Shown: positions 37,665-52,733 of the stretch, piece after piece
Position numbering within the stretch: the stretch's first letter is position 1
Layout: each line of letters begins with the position of its first letter
NCBI RefSeq assembly: GCF_031769215.1
Contig: NW_026782484.1
Location: forward strand, 372,001 to 436,000
Length of the DNA: 64,000 nucleotides
Source of the DNA: Ylistrum balloti
Taxonomy: Eukaryota
Direction of reading: 5' to 3'
The notes under the pieces: generated by a model
Databases searched by the model: none
Seen by the model: only the letters and a program-made list of their open reading frames with translations
What the model was told of the DNA's origin: nothing
Made by a program: the position numbers and the translations under genes

Positions 37665-39770
37665 ACAACCTCGTTAGAGTTGGGACACAACCTGTTAATT
37701 ACAACCTCGTTAGAGTTGGGACACAACCTGTTGATTACAACCTCGTTAGAGTGGGGACACAACCTGTTGATTACAACCTCGTTAGAGTTGGGACACAACC
37801 TGTTGATTACAACCTCGTTAGAGTGAGGACACAACCTGTTGATTACAACCTCGTTAGAGTGGGGACACAACCTGTTGATTACAACCTCGTTAGAGTGGGG
37901 ACACAACCTGTTGATTACAACCTCGTTAGAGTGGGGACACAACCTGTTGATTACAACCTCGTTAGAGTGGGGACACAACCTGTTGATTACAACCTCGTTA
38001 GAGTGGGGACACAACCTGTTGATTACAACCTCGTTAGAGTGGGGACACAACCTGTTGAATATAACCTCGTTAGAGTGGGGACACAACCTGTTGAATATAA
38101 CCTCGTTAGAGTGGGGACACAACCTGTTGATTACAACCTCGTTAGAGTGGGGACACAACCTGTTGATTACAACCTCGTTAGAGTGGGGACACAACCTGTT
38201 GATTACAACCTCGTTAGAGTGAGGACACAACCTGTTGATTACAACCTCGTTAGAGTGAGGACACAACCTGTTGATTACAACCTCGTTAGAGTGGGGACAC
38301 AACCTGTTGATTACAACCTTGTAGAGTGGAAACACTACCTGTTGACTACAACCTCGAAAGAATTGGAGCACAACTTGTTTATTTCAACGTCATTAAAGTC
38401 GGAACACAATCTGTTGATTACAACCTCATGGGGACACAACCTGTTGATTACAACCTCGTTAGGTGGGACACAACCTGTTGATTACAACCTCGGAGTGGGG
38501 ACACAACCTGTTGAATAGTGGGGACACAACCTGTTGATTACAACCTCGTTAGAGTGGGACACAACCTGTTGATTACAATATGGGGACACAACCTGTTGTT
38601 ACAAGTTGGGACACAACCTGTTGATTAGGGGGGACACAACCTGTTGATTACAACCTCGTTAGACGGGGCACAACCTGTTGATTACAACCTCGTGAGGACA
38701 CAACCTGTTGATTACAACCTCGTTAGAGTGGGGACACAACCTGTTGATTACAACCTCGTTAGAGTGGGGACACAACCTGTTGAATATAACCTTGTTAGAG
38801 TTGGGACACAACCTGTTGATTACAACCTCGTTAGAGTGGGGACACAACCTGTTGATTACAACCTCGTTAGAGTGGGGACACAACCTGTTGATTACAACCT
38901 CGTTAGAGTGGGGACACAACCTGTTGACACAATATAACCTCGATTACAACCTCGTTAGAGTGGGGACACAACCTGTTGATTACAACCTCGTTTGGGGACA
39001 CAACCTGTTGATTACAACCTCGTTAGAGTGGGGACACAACCTGTTGATTACACCTGTTGAATATAGATGGGGACACAACCTGTTAGAGTCGGGACACAAC
39101 CTGTTGATTACAACCTCGTTTGGGGACACAACCTGTTGATTACAACCTCGAATTAGAGTGGGACACAACCTGTTGATTACAACCTCGTAAGAGTGGCGAC
39201 ACAACCTGTTGATTACAACCTCGTTAGAGTGGGACACAACCTGTTGATTACAACCTCGTTAGAGTGGGGACACGACCTGTTGATTACAACCTCGTTAGAG
39301 TGAGGACACAACCTGTTGATTACAACCTCGTTAGAGTGAGGACACGACCTGTTGATTACAATCTCGTTAGAGTGGGGACACAACCTGTTGATTACAACCT
39401 CGTTAGAGTGGGGACACAACCTGTTGATTACAACCTCGTTAGAGTGGGGACACAACCTGTTGAATATAACCTCGTTAGAGTGGGGACACAACCTGTTGAT
39501 TACAACCTCGTTAGAGTGAGGACACAACCTGTTGATTACAACCTCGTTAGAGTGAGGACACAACCTGTTGATCACAACCTCGTTAGAGTGGGGACACAAC
39601 CTGTTGAATATAACCTCGTTAGAGTGGGGACACAACCTGTTGATTACAACCTCGTTAGAGTGGGGACACAACCTGTTGATTACAACCTCGTTGAGGACAC
39701 AACCTGTTGATTACAACCTCGTTTGATTGGACACAACCTGTTGATTACGAGTGGGACACAACCTGTTGTG
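37665..39770. repeat. 36-bp minisatellite
   Basis: CACAACCTGTTGATTACAACCTCGTTAGAGTGGGGA; fragmented between ~38320 and 39260. Confidence 0.97.
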
Positions 39771-39989
39771 TAGAGATTTCTGTTTATTTGTCATTAAAGT
39801 CGGAACACAATCTGTTGACATCATTCTCGTTAGGTCGTGGGCACAACCTGTTGATTATAATATCGTTAGGGCGGGACACAACCTGTTGATTTCAACCTCG
39901 TTAAGACGGGGCATAACCTGTTGATTTCAACCTCGGTATGATTCGGGCAAAATCTGTTTAATACAACCTCGCTAGGACGGGGGATGTTA

Positions 39990-42480
39990 TTGTTCCCGAT
40001 AGTGTGATTCCTGGATTGTTTCCGATAGTGTGATTTCTGGACTGTTCCCGATAGTGTGATTTTTGGAATGTACCCGAAAGTGTGATTTCTGGGCTGTTCC
40101 CGATAGTGTGATTTCTGGGCTGTTCCCGATAGTGTGATTTCTTGACTATTCCGGACATTGTAATTTCCGAACTGTTCCCGATAGTGTGATTTCTGGATAG
40201 TTCCCGATAGTGTGATTCCTGGACTGTTCCCGTTTGTGTGAGTCCTGGACTGTTCCCGATATTGTGATTTCCGAACCGTTCCCGATAGTGTGATTCCTGG
40301 ACTGTTCCCGATAGTGTGATTAATTGACTGTTCCCGTTTGTGTGAGTCCTGGACTGTTCCCGATAGTGTGATTCCTGGACTGTTCCGGACATTATGATTT
40401 CTGAACTGTTTCCGATATTGTGATTTCCGAACCGTTCCCGATAGTGTGATTCCTGGACTGTTCCCGTTTGTGTGAGTCCTGGACTGTTCCCGATAGTGTG
40501 ATTCATGGACTGTTCCCGATAGTGTGATTCCTGGACTGTTCCCGATAGTGTGATTCATGGACTGTTCCCGATAGTGTGAGTCCTGGACTGTTCCCGATAG
40601 TGTGATTCATGGACTGTTCCCGATAGTGTGATTCATGGACTGTTCCCGATAGTATGATTACTGGACTGTTCCCGATAGTGTGATTTCTGGACTGTTCCCG
40701 ATATTGTGATTTCCGGACTGTTCCCGATATTGAGATTTCTGGACTGTTCCCGACAGTGTGATTTCTGGACAGTTCCGGATATTGTGATTTCTGTAATTTC
40801 TGGACAGTTCCCGATAGTGTGATTTCTGGACTGTTCCCGATAGTGTGATTAATTGACTGTTCCCGATAGTGTGATTCCTGGACTGTTCCCGATAGTGTGA
40901 GTCCTGGACTGTTCCCGATAGTGTGATTCATGGACTGTTCCCGATAGTGTGATTCATGGACTGTTCCCGATAGTATGATTCCTGGACTGTTCCCGATAGT
41001 GTGATTTCTGAACTGTTCCCGATATTGTGATTTCTGAACTGTTCCCGATATTGAGATCTCTGGACTGTTCCCGATATTGAGATTCCTGGACTGTTTCCGA
41101 TAGTGTGATTTCTGGGTTGTTCCCGATAGTGTGATTCCTGGACTGTTCCCGATAGTGTGATTTCTGGACTGTTCCCGATATTGTGATTTCTGAACTGTTC
41201 CCGATATTGAGATCTCTGGACTGTTCCCGATATTGAGATTCCTGGACTGTTTCCGATAGTGTGATTTCTGGGTTGTTCCCGATAGTGTGATTCCTGGACT
41301 GTTCCCGATAGTGTGATTCCTGGACTGTTCCCGATAGTGTGATTCCTGGACTGTTCCCGATAGTGTGATTCCTGGACTGTTCCCGATAGTGTGATTCCTT
41401 GACTGTTCCCGATAGTGTGATTTCTGGGCTGTTCCCGATAGTGTGATTTCTGGGCTGTTCCCGATAGTGTGATTTCTGGGTTTTTCCCGATAGTATGAGT
41501 CCTGGACTGTTCCCGATAGTTTGATTTCCGAACTGTTCCCGATAGTGTGATTTTCGAAATGTTTCCGATAGTGTGATTTCCGATCTGTTCCCAATAGTGT
41601 GATTTTCGAAATGTTCCGGATAGTGTGATCCCTGGACTGTTCCCGATAGTGTGATCCCTGGACTGTTCCCGATAGTGTGATTTCCGAACTGTTCCCGATA
41701 GTGTGATTTTCGAAATGTTCCCGATAGTGTGATCCCTGGACTGTTCCCGATAGTGTGATTTCCGAACTGTTCCCGATAGTATGATTTCCGAACTGTTCCC
41801 GATAGTGTGATTTTCGAAATGTTCCCGATAGTGTGATCCCTGGACTGTTCCCGATAGTATGATTTCCGAACTGTTCCCGATAGTATGATTTCCGAACTGT
41901 TGCCGATAGTGTGATTTTCGAAATGTTTCCGATAGTGTCGATTTCTCGGCTGTTCCCGATAATGTGATTCCTGGACTGTTCCCGAAAGTGTGATTCCTTG
42001 ACTGTTCCCGATAGTGTGATTTCTTGACTGTTCCCGATAGTGTGATTTCCGAACTGTTCCCGATAGTGTACTTTTCGAAATATTTCCGATAGTGTGATTT
42101 TCGAAATGTTTCCGATAGTGTGATTTTCGAAATGTTTCCGATAGTGTGATTTCTTGACTGTTCCCGATAGCGTGATTTCCGAACTGTTCCCGATAGTGTG
42201 ATTTTCGAAATGTTTCCGATAGTGTGATTCCTTGACTGTTCCCGATAGTGTGATTCCTGGACTGTTCCCAATAGTGTGATTCCTGGACTGTTCCCGATAG
42301 TGTGATTTCCGAACTGTTCCCGATAGTGTGATTTCCGAACTGTTCCCGATAGTGTGATTTCCGAACTGTTCCCGATAGTGTGATTTCAGGATTGTTCTCA
42401 ATGTTGTGATTACTGAACTGTTCCCGATAGTGTGATCCCTGGATTGTTCCCGATATTGTGATTTCAGGATTCTTCTCAAT
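39990..42480. repeat. 26-bp minisatellite, ~95 units
   Basis: TGTTCCCGATAGTGTGATTCCTGGAC and variants. Confidence 0.97.
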
Positions 42481-44204
42481 GTTGTAAATTCTAGACCGTT
42501 CTCAATATTTGGAATTGAACCTTGGTGTAATATTAATGTGTCCCTGTAGCTTCCTTTTGTTATTACCGCTGTAAGTTCATTGTAGCTATTATATCATGTG
42601 TACATCTGAGACTGGGGACTGTCGCCTGTTGTGTAACATTTCTGTTGTGACATCCCCGGAAGCACCTGTTCCATTTACTGTAGTTAGCTTTAATTAGTCT
42701 GCAGCACGTTTTCCCTCTCAAATGAGATAACGTCATTTGTGAATGATCTGCCTGCGATATTGTTCGAGTGTACTGTTACTGTTGACACTCATTTGTTGTC
42801 TGTATCTGGTCCCCGGAGTGGGAGGAGTATGTGGTAGACTGAGGCGCTGTAGATCTGTCGTTGAATGTCCTAGATATCTTACATCATTTATTAGAAGTTT
42901 ACAGTATAAGGAAATGGCATGAAAAAAACCTCGGGTTTGCATAATCTTTCCCTCCCCGAGTGTTAATCTCACTTAAAGGTTGGGAGGAGGGGAGGGGGTC
43001 ATAATTGCTTTCACTCTTTCGAGCTTCAGTATATAGATTCATGGTTTTTGGGATTCTATACGTAAAATTATGATTTTTGTTCTTTTCTGTCACCTTTTTG
43101 AACTTGCAAACAAGTTATAATGATTTTTTTTCCTTTTATTTCACCATTTTGGATTTTGTAAAGGTCTTAATGAACGATATGTACCCAATGACCATGTCAA
43201 ATTGTCTCAGTTGTTAGTATTTAATGACAACAAACAAAGAGATGTACTCAATTCAACCGCAATCAGTACTCACGAGTGGACTATTGTTGGTGGTAAAACA
43301 AGCTTCTCAGTCAGTGAGTTGTAGCTTTTACCAATAAAAAATGCTTCGCAGAGAATTTAGATTAGCAAACTTGGTGAGTGGAATAAATCTATTAGCATTA
43401 TGATCACCCTGGTAATTAGGTGAGGTGTTTTTTGGTGATAAACACACGTCTGGGTAGGACTGCTACCTGATCCAGAGATAATTGACCACAAATGGTCGAT
43501 AGATGATAAGTTTTTCCTTAGTCAATAGTCAATATTCTAGTGAATCATAATTGTTTTTTACCTCATGGCGTCATCATATGATTCTAGTGAACGGTCTGCG
43601 TTTCAGCATGCGTGTTCTCTTGTTTGGTAGACGATGAATTAAATATAAGAACATGGAGAGCGTTGTTTCTTACTCGCGGATCGATCAAAAACATGTTTAT
43701 TTAGCCGTTAGAAACTAGAATGAATATGTAAAGTACGAACGGTAGGACGAGATAAATAGTGCATGAATGGTTTAGATATTATAATACATAACAGCAATAT
43801 CATTATCGCCGGCTGCATTACGTGCTCAGCAAATGACATGTTTATTTATATTATCACATCAAATGATAGATTTAAATGAAAGAGCACCTGTCTGACAGTA
43901 CTAGTCATTGAGAATTATTAAATATGATTTATTGTATCATATAAAGATGTCACAATAGAGACAACGTATATGTGACACCAAGAATGACATTGAAAAACGT
44001 GATTGATAGGCATCTATGAAGAAATACAAGGTTTTAATTTTTGTTTTTTGCCTATTTATATTTTTCCTAAGTCAATATGATAAAAATAATAAGTTAATAC
44101 AGATGACCTTCAAGTTTCGCCTGGTTTCGCGATACGGTACTGATCATGTTGCCATAGCAACACTTTTTTGTCGCCCGAACAAAGTTCTTGTCGTCCTAAC
44201 ATAT

Positions 44205-44490
44205 GTATATGCAAAAAGGTTCTTGTCGCTCTAACAGCGATGTCGTCCTAAAACAATGTTCTTGTCGCTCTAACAACAATGTTCATGTCGTCCTAATAAC
44301 TATGTTCTTGTCGCCATAACAACAATGTTCTCGTTGTCCTAACAACAGTGTACTTGTCGCCCTAACAACAATGTTCTCGTCGTCCTAACAACAATGTTCT
44401 TGTCGCTGTAACATCAATGTTCTTGCCACTCTAATAACAATGTTCTTGTCACCCTAACATCAATGTTTTCGTCGCCCTAACAATAAGGAC
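44205..44490. repeat. 23-bp minisatellite, ~12 units
   Basis: AACAATGTTCTTGTCGCCCTAAC. Confidence 0.88.
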
Positions 44491-45274
44491 AAAACACAGG
44501 ATATGTACAGGAATGATAAGCCCTTTTGATTAAACAGAATCAATGTTAACAAAGTACTTTCTTTTTTCTCCTTTTTTCTGTTTTTGAATTAACATAAGGT
44601 TATCACAAAATACGGTGATGTTCATCATAACCCTGCTGCAAGTTGGCACAATACCGAAACCGCAGTCCATGAAATTATTTTGTCGTTGTTTTTGTCTATA
44701 TTAGTGATTGGTTTGGTGTTATATTCGTGCCTTTACTTCTCCAGCTCCCACTACAGTGGTTCAGCACGAACACACACATTTATTATACATTGCCAATCGG
44801 TGCTTGTTCTTTTGACGATGTAGTTAATGTGTTTTAATCTAAATATTTGCTTAGGAAGCAGTTATTGCTATATTGACGGCTGTGTACTGACGGTTGATGC
44901 GTTATTTAGGCTTTCCGAGGGTCCCAACACTTCAAAGTTTCCTTCATTACACAGTTTCCGACGTTCTACGTGTTCTTGGTATCCCTCTTGACTACCGATC
45001 TTAGCTATCCGGGATTGTCAAGTACGGGAGATATTTGCGAGAGAGTGTCTAGGAGTATTATCACTCAGTTCTCAAGTCCGCTCCGTATCAATAAGGTTTT
45101 AGATTAATTGGAATAAGCTTTTACGTTTAGACGTGGCGTTAAACAGCGACCTGGATCATCACAGCCTCTTCTAACCCATAATAAACACACAGACTCCCTT
45201 CTGCATACCTATCTGGAAGTTATTTCAACGATATTATACAGGAACGGGTATCATATTAGTAGGACAAAAACATC

Positions 45275-46165
45275 TTATAACTGTCACACAGATATGTTAT
45301 AACTGTCATACTGATATGTTATGACTGTAACACAGATATGTTATAACTGTCACACTGATATGTTATAACTGTCACACAGATAACTGTCACACAGATATGT
45401 TATAACTGTCACACTGATATGTTATAACTGTGACACAGATATGTTATAACTGTCACACAGATATATTATAACTGTCACACAGATATGTTATAACTGTCAC
45501 ACAGATAGGTTATAACTGTCACACAGATAACTGTCACACAGATAAGTTATAACTGTCACACAGATAACTGTCACACAGATATGTTATAACTGTCACACAG
45601 ATATGTTATAACTATCACACAGATAGGTTATAACTGTCACACAGATATCTTATAACTGTCACACAGATATCTTATAACTGTCACACAGATAACTGTCACA
45701 CAGATATGTTATAACTGTCACACAGATAGGTTATAACTGTCACACAGATAACTATCACACAGATATGTTATAACTGTCACACAGATAGGTTATAACTGTG
45801 ACAAAAATATGTTATAACTGTCACACAGATATGTTAAAACTGTGACAAAGATATGTTGTAACTGTCACACAGATAGGTTATAATTGTAAAACATATATCC
45901 TCCCACTGTCACATAGATATCTTTCCAGAATAGCCTCAGATATCTTATGACTGTGGCACAGATATCCTCCCACTGTCACATAGATATCTTTCCACAGTAG
46001 CCTCAGATATCTTATGACTGTGGCACAGATATCCTCCCACTGTCACATAGATATCTTTCCGGAGTAGCCTCAGATATCTTATGACTGTGGCACAGATATC
46101 CTCACACTGTCACATAGATATCTTTCCACAGTAGCCTCAGATATCATGGCTGTGGCACAGATATT
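45275..46165. repeat. 22-bp minisatellite ending in a 67-bp trimeric higher-order repeat
   Basis: GATATGTTATAACTGTCACACA at 45275-45895, then 67-bp units (22+23+22) starting at 45961, 46028 and 46095. Confidence 0.92.
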
Positions 46166-48924
46166 GTCCCACTATCACATAGATATTATGCAGCAATCAC
46201 ACGGATATTTTATAACTATACCACAGATGTTTTACCATTATCACAGATTTCTTCCTTCTATCAAACAGATATCGTATAACTATAACAGAGATATCACCTG
46301 CTACCACACAATTATCGTACAACATACTTCTTACCACTGATACCTCTCCCTTCATTCACACAAGCATATTACTACTATCAGATATATTTTTACCACAAAA
46401 ACATTTTACCACTATCATACCTATTTTACTACTACAGATATCTTACTGTCATGATATCGATATCTTACTGCCGCGTAATCCTACTATTAAAGCTATCTCG
46501 CTGCTAATACTACTACCATTCGGGTTCTACTTGTGAGTTTGTATGTATCGGTCCTAGTAAAACCAATAAATGCTGATTGGTTTTGAATATGGAAACTTCC
46601 CAGCATGATTATCAACACGATCTGTAAATAACAGGAAGGATATCTTCCACATTAATATATAGATACATGTAGATATATGTTATATTTGGGGTGTTGAAGT
46701 AATTGGAAGAAAATATACAATTTCTGAGTTTGGTGAATTTAGAAATATTTTCTTATATTAATATGCATATCCACTGAAAGAAAAAGCACACCCGATTTTT
46801 CTTTTCGTTGTTAGATTCTGACCACCACTTCGATCCCCATGATACGTCCGAATGTCGGACTGCGAGAAAATTACTGTATGAAATTTATGACAATCTTTTT
46901 TTCTTTTCTGTATAGTAACATTCTTTCCCCACTATCCGTATGCTTACAAGTGTATATTACGAGCAGTTATATGTACAAAGTTTCTCGAATGTATCCAATA
47001 AGAATCTAAAAGCACGTGGTTTTGACACATCGTGTGGACAAGGTAAAGGGTCATAATGATAATCGAAATTGACTTACTATTCTATCATCTCTTTGTGATT
47101 TTTGATTACGTCCCACGGTTCCGACTTTGAGGACGTGAGTTTAAAAAATGCTTACTTCCCAAAATACGTTATAATTCTTCCCCGTACTTTTTCATAGATG
47201 AACATATACGCGTTCTCTTGGTTTAGATTTACCATCGAATCGGACTTTTTGAAGTCCAATGATTTGTTTACTCCTCAAGTTATCCATGTTTTTTTAATTA
47301 CAATCCCTCAGAGGTTTCTATTCGTTACATAATTCTCACAGTTCAATGAAACGCCACGTTCTACATTAGACGACATCCTCTCATTTCGAATTTGATGTTG
47401 GTGATTTAAAATAGTTATTGTAGGATATGTATTGAGTTCCGTTTCTCCAGTAACGAGAGTTATATCACTATCTGTAACTATCTGTCAAACTGGAGATGTT
47501 TGTTACATTATTTACTAAACATTTTCACGTGTTTATTTCTATTGTAACGTTGGAAGTTAACATTTGATAGTATGTACCTGTCTTAACTAAAGTCTCCTGT
47601 GACCTTATACCCTTCATCTTGTCTTTACAGCACAACGCGACACACAAACAACTCGATTTCAAGTTAGAAATAACTCTTCAACTGAGACAATAAACATTAC
47701 AATAACTCTGACGGGCTTTTAAACCCATTTGTAAAATTTTGAGTTATTGCAGTGATTAGTTTGCTCGTCTGTGACTGTGTAACAGCCCACAAAACGGATT
47801 TCTCGCCTACGACCAAGATAATTTGGACTTTTTTTTGTTTAAATACTATACGTTTTGCATAAGGGCATTTCATATGAAAAGAGATTATCTAATGCCCTGT
47901 AGACTAGTACACACCTCTGATGTTTCATTCTCTGTTCAAACGGCAGTGTATGAATATCCTCAAACAGCTCTTTGTTAGGAGTAAGAGCTGACAATGACGT
48001 TGGTAACACAGGGAAAGTGTCTTATTACCATTCATTTCAGATTTAGATTGCATTCTATGACGTTGCTTGGTATTGTAACATGAATTGTCATTCAGATGAT
48101 GGTTTTTACTTGTATTTTATTAGAACTACAGCAGAGGATAGAAAGTAAAGAGACTCCGTTGAAGATTCCATGTCAGACTAATAGTTTCAACCGCTGAGGA
48201 ACTACAGGCAGAAACTGGGCCTTTATGGACATGACACTGCATATGTACAACGTGCATTTGTAACTAGGTCACAGGTTGTATGTGGACGACTTGGGACATT
48301 CAACTCAAAACCTGCATCTAGGTTACAGAAGGCATTGACAAAAATAGATATGTAGAAAATATCCATAGATTCTCAGTGCACCATCTGGTGTACGGTGCCG
48401 AGAATGTAACACACGAACTCACAAGCACGCAATTTTCTGTGGCTTAGTTGTCCACGGTACTTTCGTCGTTCAGGTATCGTGTTACTAGTATTTTCTAAGA
48501 CATGAATGACCTTCAAATGCATGACGACACGCATCGTTCCCATGACAACATGTTCATTTCGATATTATGCTGTGAATCAGAACTTTTTATCGAGGCTACC
48601 ATCCTGTGATTTACTTACTGAATACGATGTGTATTCATTATGACACCATGTAGAACCAATCAGACAGGTTCATCCTTGTCTTGGTTTCCATTAAATTTGT
48701 CAATGGTAAATGGTGTCACGCTCACCAGCAAAAATATTGTACATGACGTCACCAAAGTGAAACTACCAACAAATGTGTATATTAATGGTATGGTGAAGGA
48801 TTAAAATAACGACAAGCAACGAGTTAACTATTGATTGTAGTCAATCATTTTGCAAATTGCCTTACCGGAAATTGTCATTTCCGCGGTTGCTTGGCGACCG
48901 TTACATGTAGTGTTTTCTATAAAA

Positions 48925-50235
48925 TAATATATCTGGTCTGTAGTGTAACGTGTATAACGACATATCTGGTCTGTAGTGTCTCGTGTATAACAACATATCT
49001 GGTCTGTATTGTCACTTGTATAACAACATATCTGGTCTGTAGTGCCTCGTGTATAACGACATATCTGGTCTGTATTGTCTCGTGTATAACAACATATCTG
49101 GTCTGTATTGTCTCGTGTATAACAACATATCTGGTCTGTATTGTCACGTGTATAACAAAATATCTGGTCTGTAGAATCTCGTGTATAACAACATATCTGG
49201 TCTGTAGTGGCTCGTGTATAACAACATATCTGGTCTATATTGTCACGTGTATAACAACATATCTGGTCTGTAGTGTCTCGTGTATAACAACATATCTGGT
49301 CTATATTGTCACGTGTATAACAACATATCTGGTCTGTAGAATCTCGTGTATAACAACATATCTGGTCTGTAGTGGCTCGTGTATAACAACATATCTGGTC
49401 TATATTGTCACGTGTATAACAAAATATCTGGTCAGTAGTGTCTCCTGCATAACAACATATCTGGTCTGAAGAATCTCGTGTATAACAACATATCTGGTCT
49501 GTAGAATCTCGTGTATAACAACATATCTGGTCTGTAGTGCCTCGTGTATAACAACATATCTGGTCTGTAGTGTCTCGTGTATAACAACATATCTGGTCTG
49601 TATTGGCTCATGTATAACAACATATCTGGTCTGTAGAGTCTCGTGTATAACAACATATCTGGTCTGTAGTGTCTCGTGTATAACAACATATCTGGTCTGT
49701 GTTGTCACGTGTATAACAACATATCTGGTCTGTAGTGGCTCGTGTATAACAACATATCTGGTCTGTATTGTCACGTGTATAACAAAATATCTGGTCAGTA
49801 GTGTCTCCTGCATAACAACATATCTGGTCTGTAGAATCTCGTGTATAACAACATATCTGGTCTGTAGAATCTCGTGTATAACAACATATCTGGTCTGTAG
49901 TGCCTCGTGTATAACAACATATCTGGTCTGTAGAGTCTCGTGTATAACAACATATCTGGTCTGTAGTGTCTCGTGTATAACAACATATTTGGTCTGTAGT
50001 GTCTCGTGTATAACAACATATCTGGTCTGTAGTGCCTCGTGTATAACAACATATCTGGTCTGTAGTGTCTCGTGTATAACAACATATCTGGTCTGTATTG
50101 TCACGTGTATAACAACATATCTGGTCTGTAGCGTCTCGTGTATAACAACATATCTGGTCAGTAGTGTCCCGTGTATAATAACATATCTGGTCTGTAGTGT
50201 TTCGTCTGTAACAACATATCTGGTCTGTAGCGCCT
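48925..50235. repeat. 33-bp minisatellite, ~40 units
   Basis: ACAACATATCTGGTCTGTAGTGTCTCGTGTATA. Confidence 0.97.
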
Positions 50236-52733
50236 TCCTTATTAAACATTTTTAAAAAGAAAGATTAATTAGAGAGATTTCAGCTCAACTTTTTTGTTTA
50301 TTTTCACCAATACTTTGAATTAATTTCTAGATCAAATGGATGATGTTTCTATCCTGAATAATGCCCCAACTTTGGAGATAGTGTCAATCACAGAAGTTAA
50401 GGCCCCGGTCTCGTAGTCTCTCTGGTGCCAGAAGCTGTTTGCTATCTCTGCTGTATTAGTTTATTTCGTTTCTGAATTCGTGTGTCATGATGTTCGCTCA
50501 TCGTCCCGATTCTTTTTTCTATGCCACGGTCCTCTGATGTATGCAGTATTCGTTTGGTTTTAATCAAAAAATAAAAGATTAGTAATGGCACATCATATGA
50601 TTGACAGATTAATGTGATTGGATATTGATTTCATCGATCACATCCCGTACCAAAGACAGAATAGCATTGGAAATTCACCGGCCCACACAGCTCAGCTCAG
50701 ATCCAAACCACAGATCAAGTGTCCCCTACCCCAACCATATTACTCTATCCTTACCCCTATTACTCGTCTCAAGTTGATATCTCGGTGTCCTTTTAAACCA
50801 AACTGACCGTATACCAGATCGCGACCCGCGGAGGCAATCCACAGCGCATCCTTTTACAACAAATCTATCAGCTAGTGCGACAGATTCTATTTTGCGTGAA
50901 CACAGGAATTAATTAGATATCGAGGTAACATTTGGATTCTCAATCGAATTAGCCTATAAAGCCGCAATCTACTTGTGTATATAACTAATTAATAGGATTG
51001 AATGAGCCTGATTAACCGTTGTTATCACCCCGCGACACCGCGGCAATTAATGACACCGTTAACAGATTGACGAGGAAACACGTTGTGAGTGCTGACGTCT
51101 TTATAAACTATTGCAATGAGAGCCAACATTGATACCTTCACCTTTTCGATCAGCGTACAGCCCCGGCTACACTTTATAATGACCATCTGATTACATTTCA
51201 ACATTGGCAACATAGCTACATTTGTTTACACTTTTCACTGATATGTGTCTAGGTGCCAAATGTTAGGCTGTTACGAGTCGTCTGGCGACGTCTGTGCCTG
51301 GATGTCAACGTTGTGTAGCGACGTTTTTGTCTAGGTTACAGCCGTTATCTGGCGACAGATTAGTCAAGGTGACATTCATGGTCTGGTGAAACTGTGGGCC
51401 GTTCACAATCGTTGTCGTGCCATTTGTGGCTCGTTAACAACCGTTGTTTGGGTGATATCTGTGACGCGTTGACAACCGTTACTGTGTGACGTCTGTGACC
51501 AGTATCATTAGCGAACAGTTGTTGCTACCTACCGAGCAGTGCGACAAGCATCTAAAACTGTGCCTGTTGTAATTGCTAAAATTAGCTACCTTTTGTAATT
51601 GGCTGCCGTTGTTTTGTAATAAGTGTTGCAGATTGCCAAATGGTTTTAGGACAACAATTGGTTCGTTCCAACATTTCCTGATGATGAAGATCTTGAGCAT
51701 GTCTCATGTAGTCTTTGTACAGAGAACGGTGTATCTGATTGCGTAGTTGTTTTGTGGTACGGATAGTGAGTAATTCGTGTTTACACGTAAATTGCTAGAT
51801 TGGAAAGCTAGCCTTCATTCTAATCTAACCATCAGTCGGTCTGACGTTTACATAATGACAAAGTCAAAGAATGGTCTTATTTTGTATTTTCGTTTTCATT
51901 TGTTTGTTTTTTTATGTGTAAGAAACTTTGATGTAAGAAAAATATGACGTTAACTACACTGATTACGTAAGAGACGTCTGAGTTTGAATGGAATCTCATC
52001 TTCACTGCTACATGAATGACGCAAAATCTTCTTCTGACTGATCAATCAATGTGTGTCTTTCCATATAATGATATAATGGTAGTTGTTGGTTACTGTGACA
52101 ACAACTGAATGATGAAAAAAATAGACTATAAGAGAGCCGGTGTCGCATTAGTAACGAACTTTCCTTTAACGGTTACCATGGTTACAGGGGTTGTATGTCT
52201 GACCATGATGGTTTCCTCTGAGTACTTCGATTTCCTCCCAAAAAAAGGAAGATCCCTCTGACACCAGCCTGCTTGTTTCGCGGTTGTTGTATGTCAATTC
52301 AAGGTTATAGATTTACAGCAGAAAAGAAATTAGACAAGAAAACCACAAATATTCTAAAGCTGAACAAAACATCAGTGTGCTGAAGTGATCTTCTTAATTC
52401 GGGTAGCAAATGAGATCTACCTAACTACCCTTCCTCTGATAATTGATGACAAACTCATTTTTGTTATCTTGTTCACGTCTGTCTCTATAACGGCAAATGT
52501 AACTGTCATCTGAATGTCCTATATCCGGAATTACTTCCCAAATATTGACATTTGTGCAGGAGAGTTCTGACCAACTTCATCTTCTCGGTCTCGACTTTGT
52601 GGCCTTCCAAGATCCATAATGAAAGCTTGAAGTCTCTTTGGTTCTTTCTACCTGTATATATTTTTTATATATCACAGGTTGTCTCCGTTTTTCTGAAATT
52701 GAAAACATGTCTTTTGTTTTATTACTTCAGATC

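Noticed and set aside
45000-45150. SINE-like 3' motif GACGTGGCGTTAAAC (and weak A/B-box-like motifs near 15358-15410)
   Set aside because: No convincing tRNA-derived head plus body could be delimited by eye.
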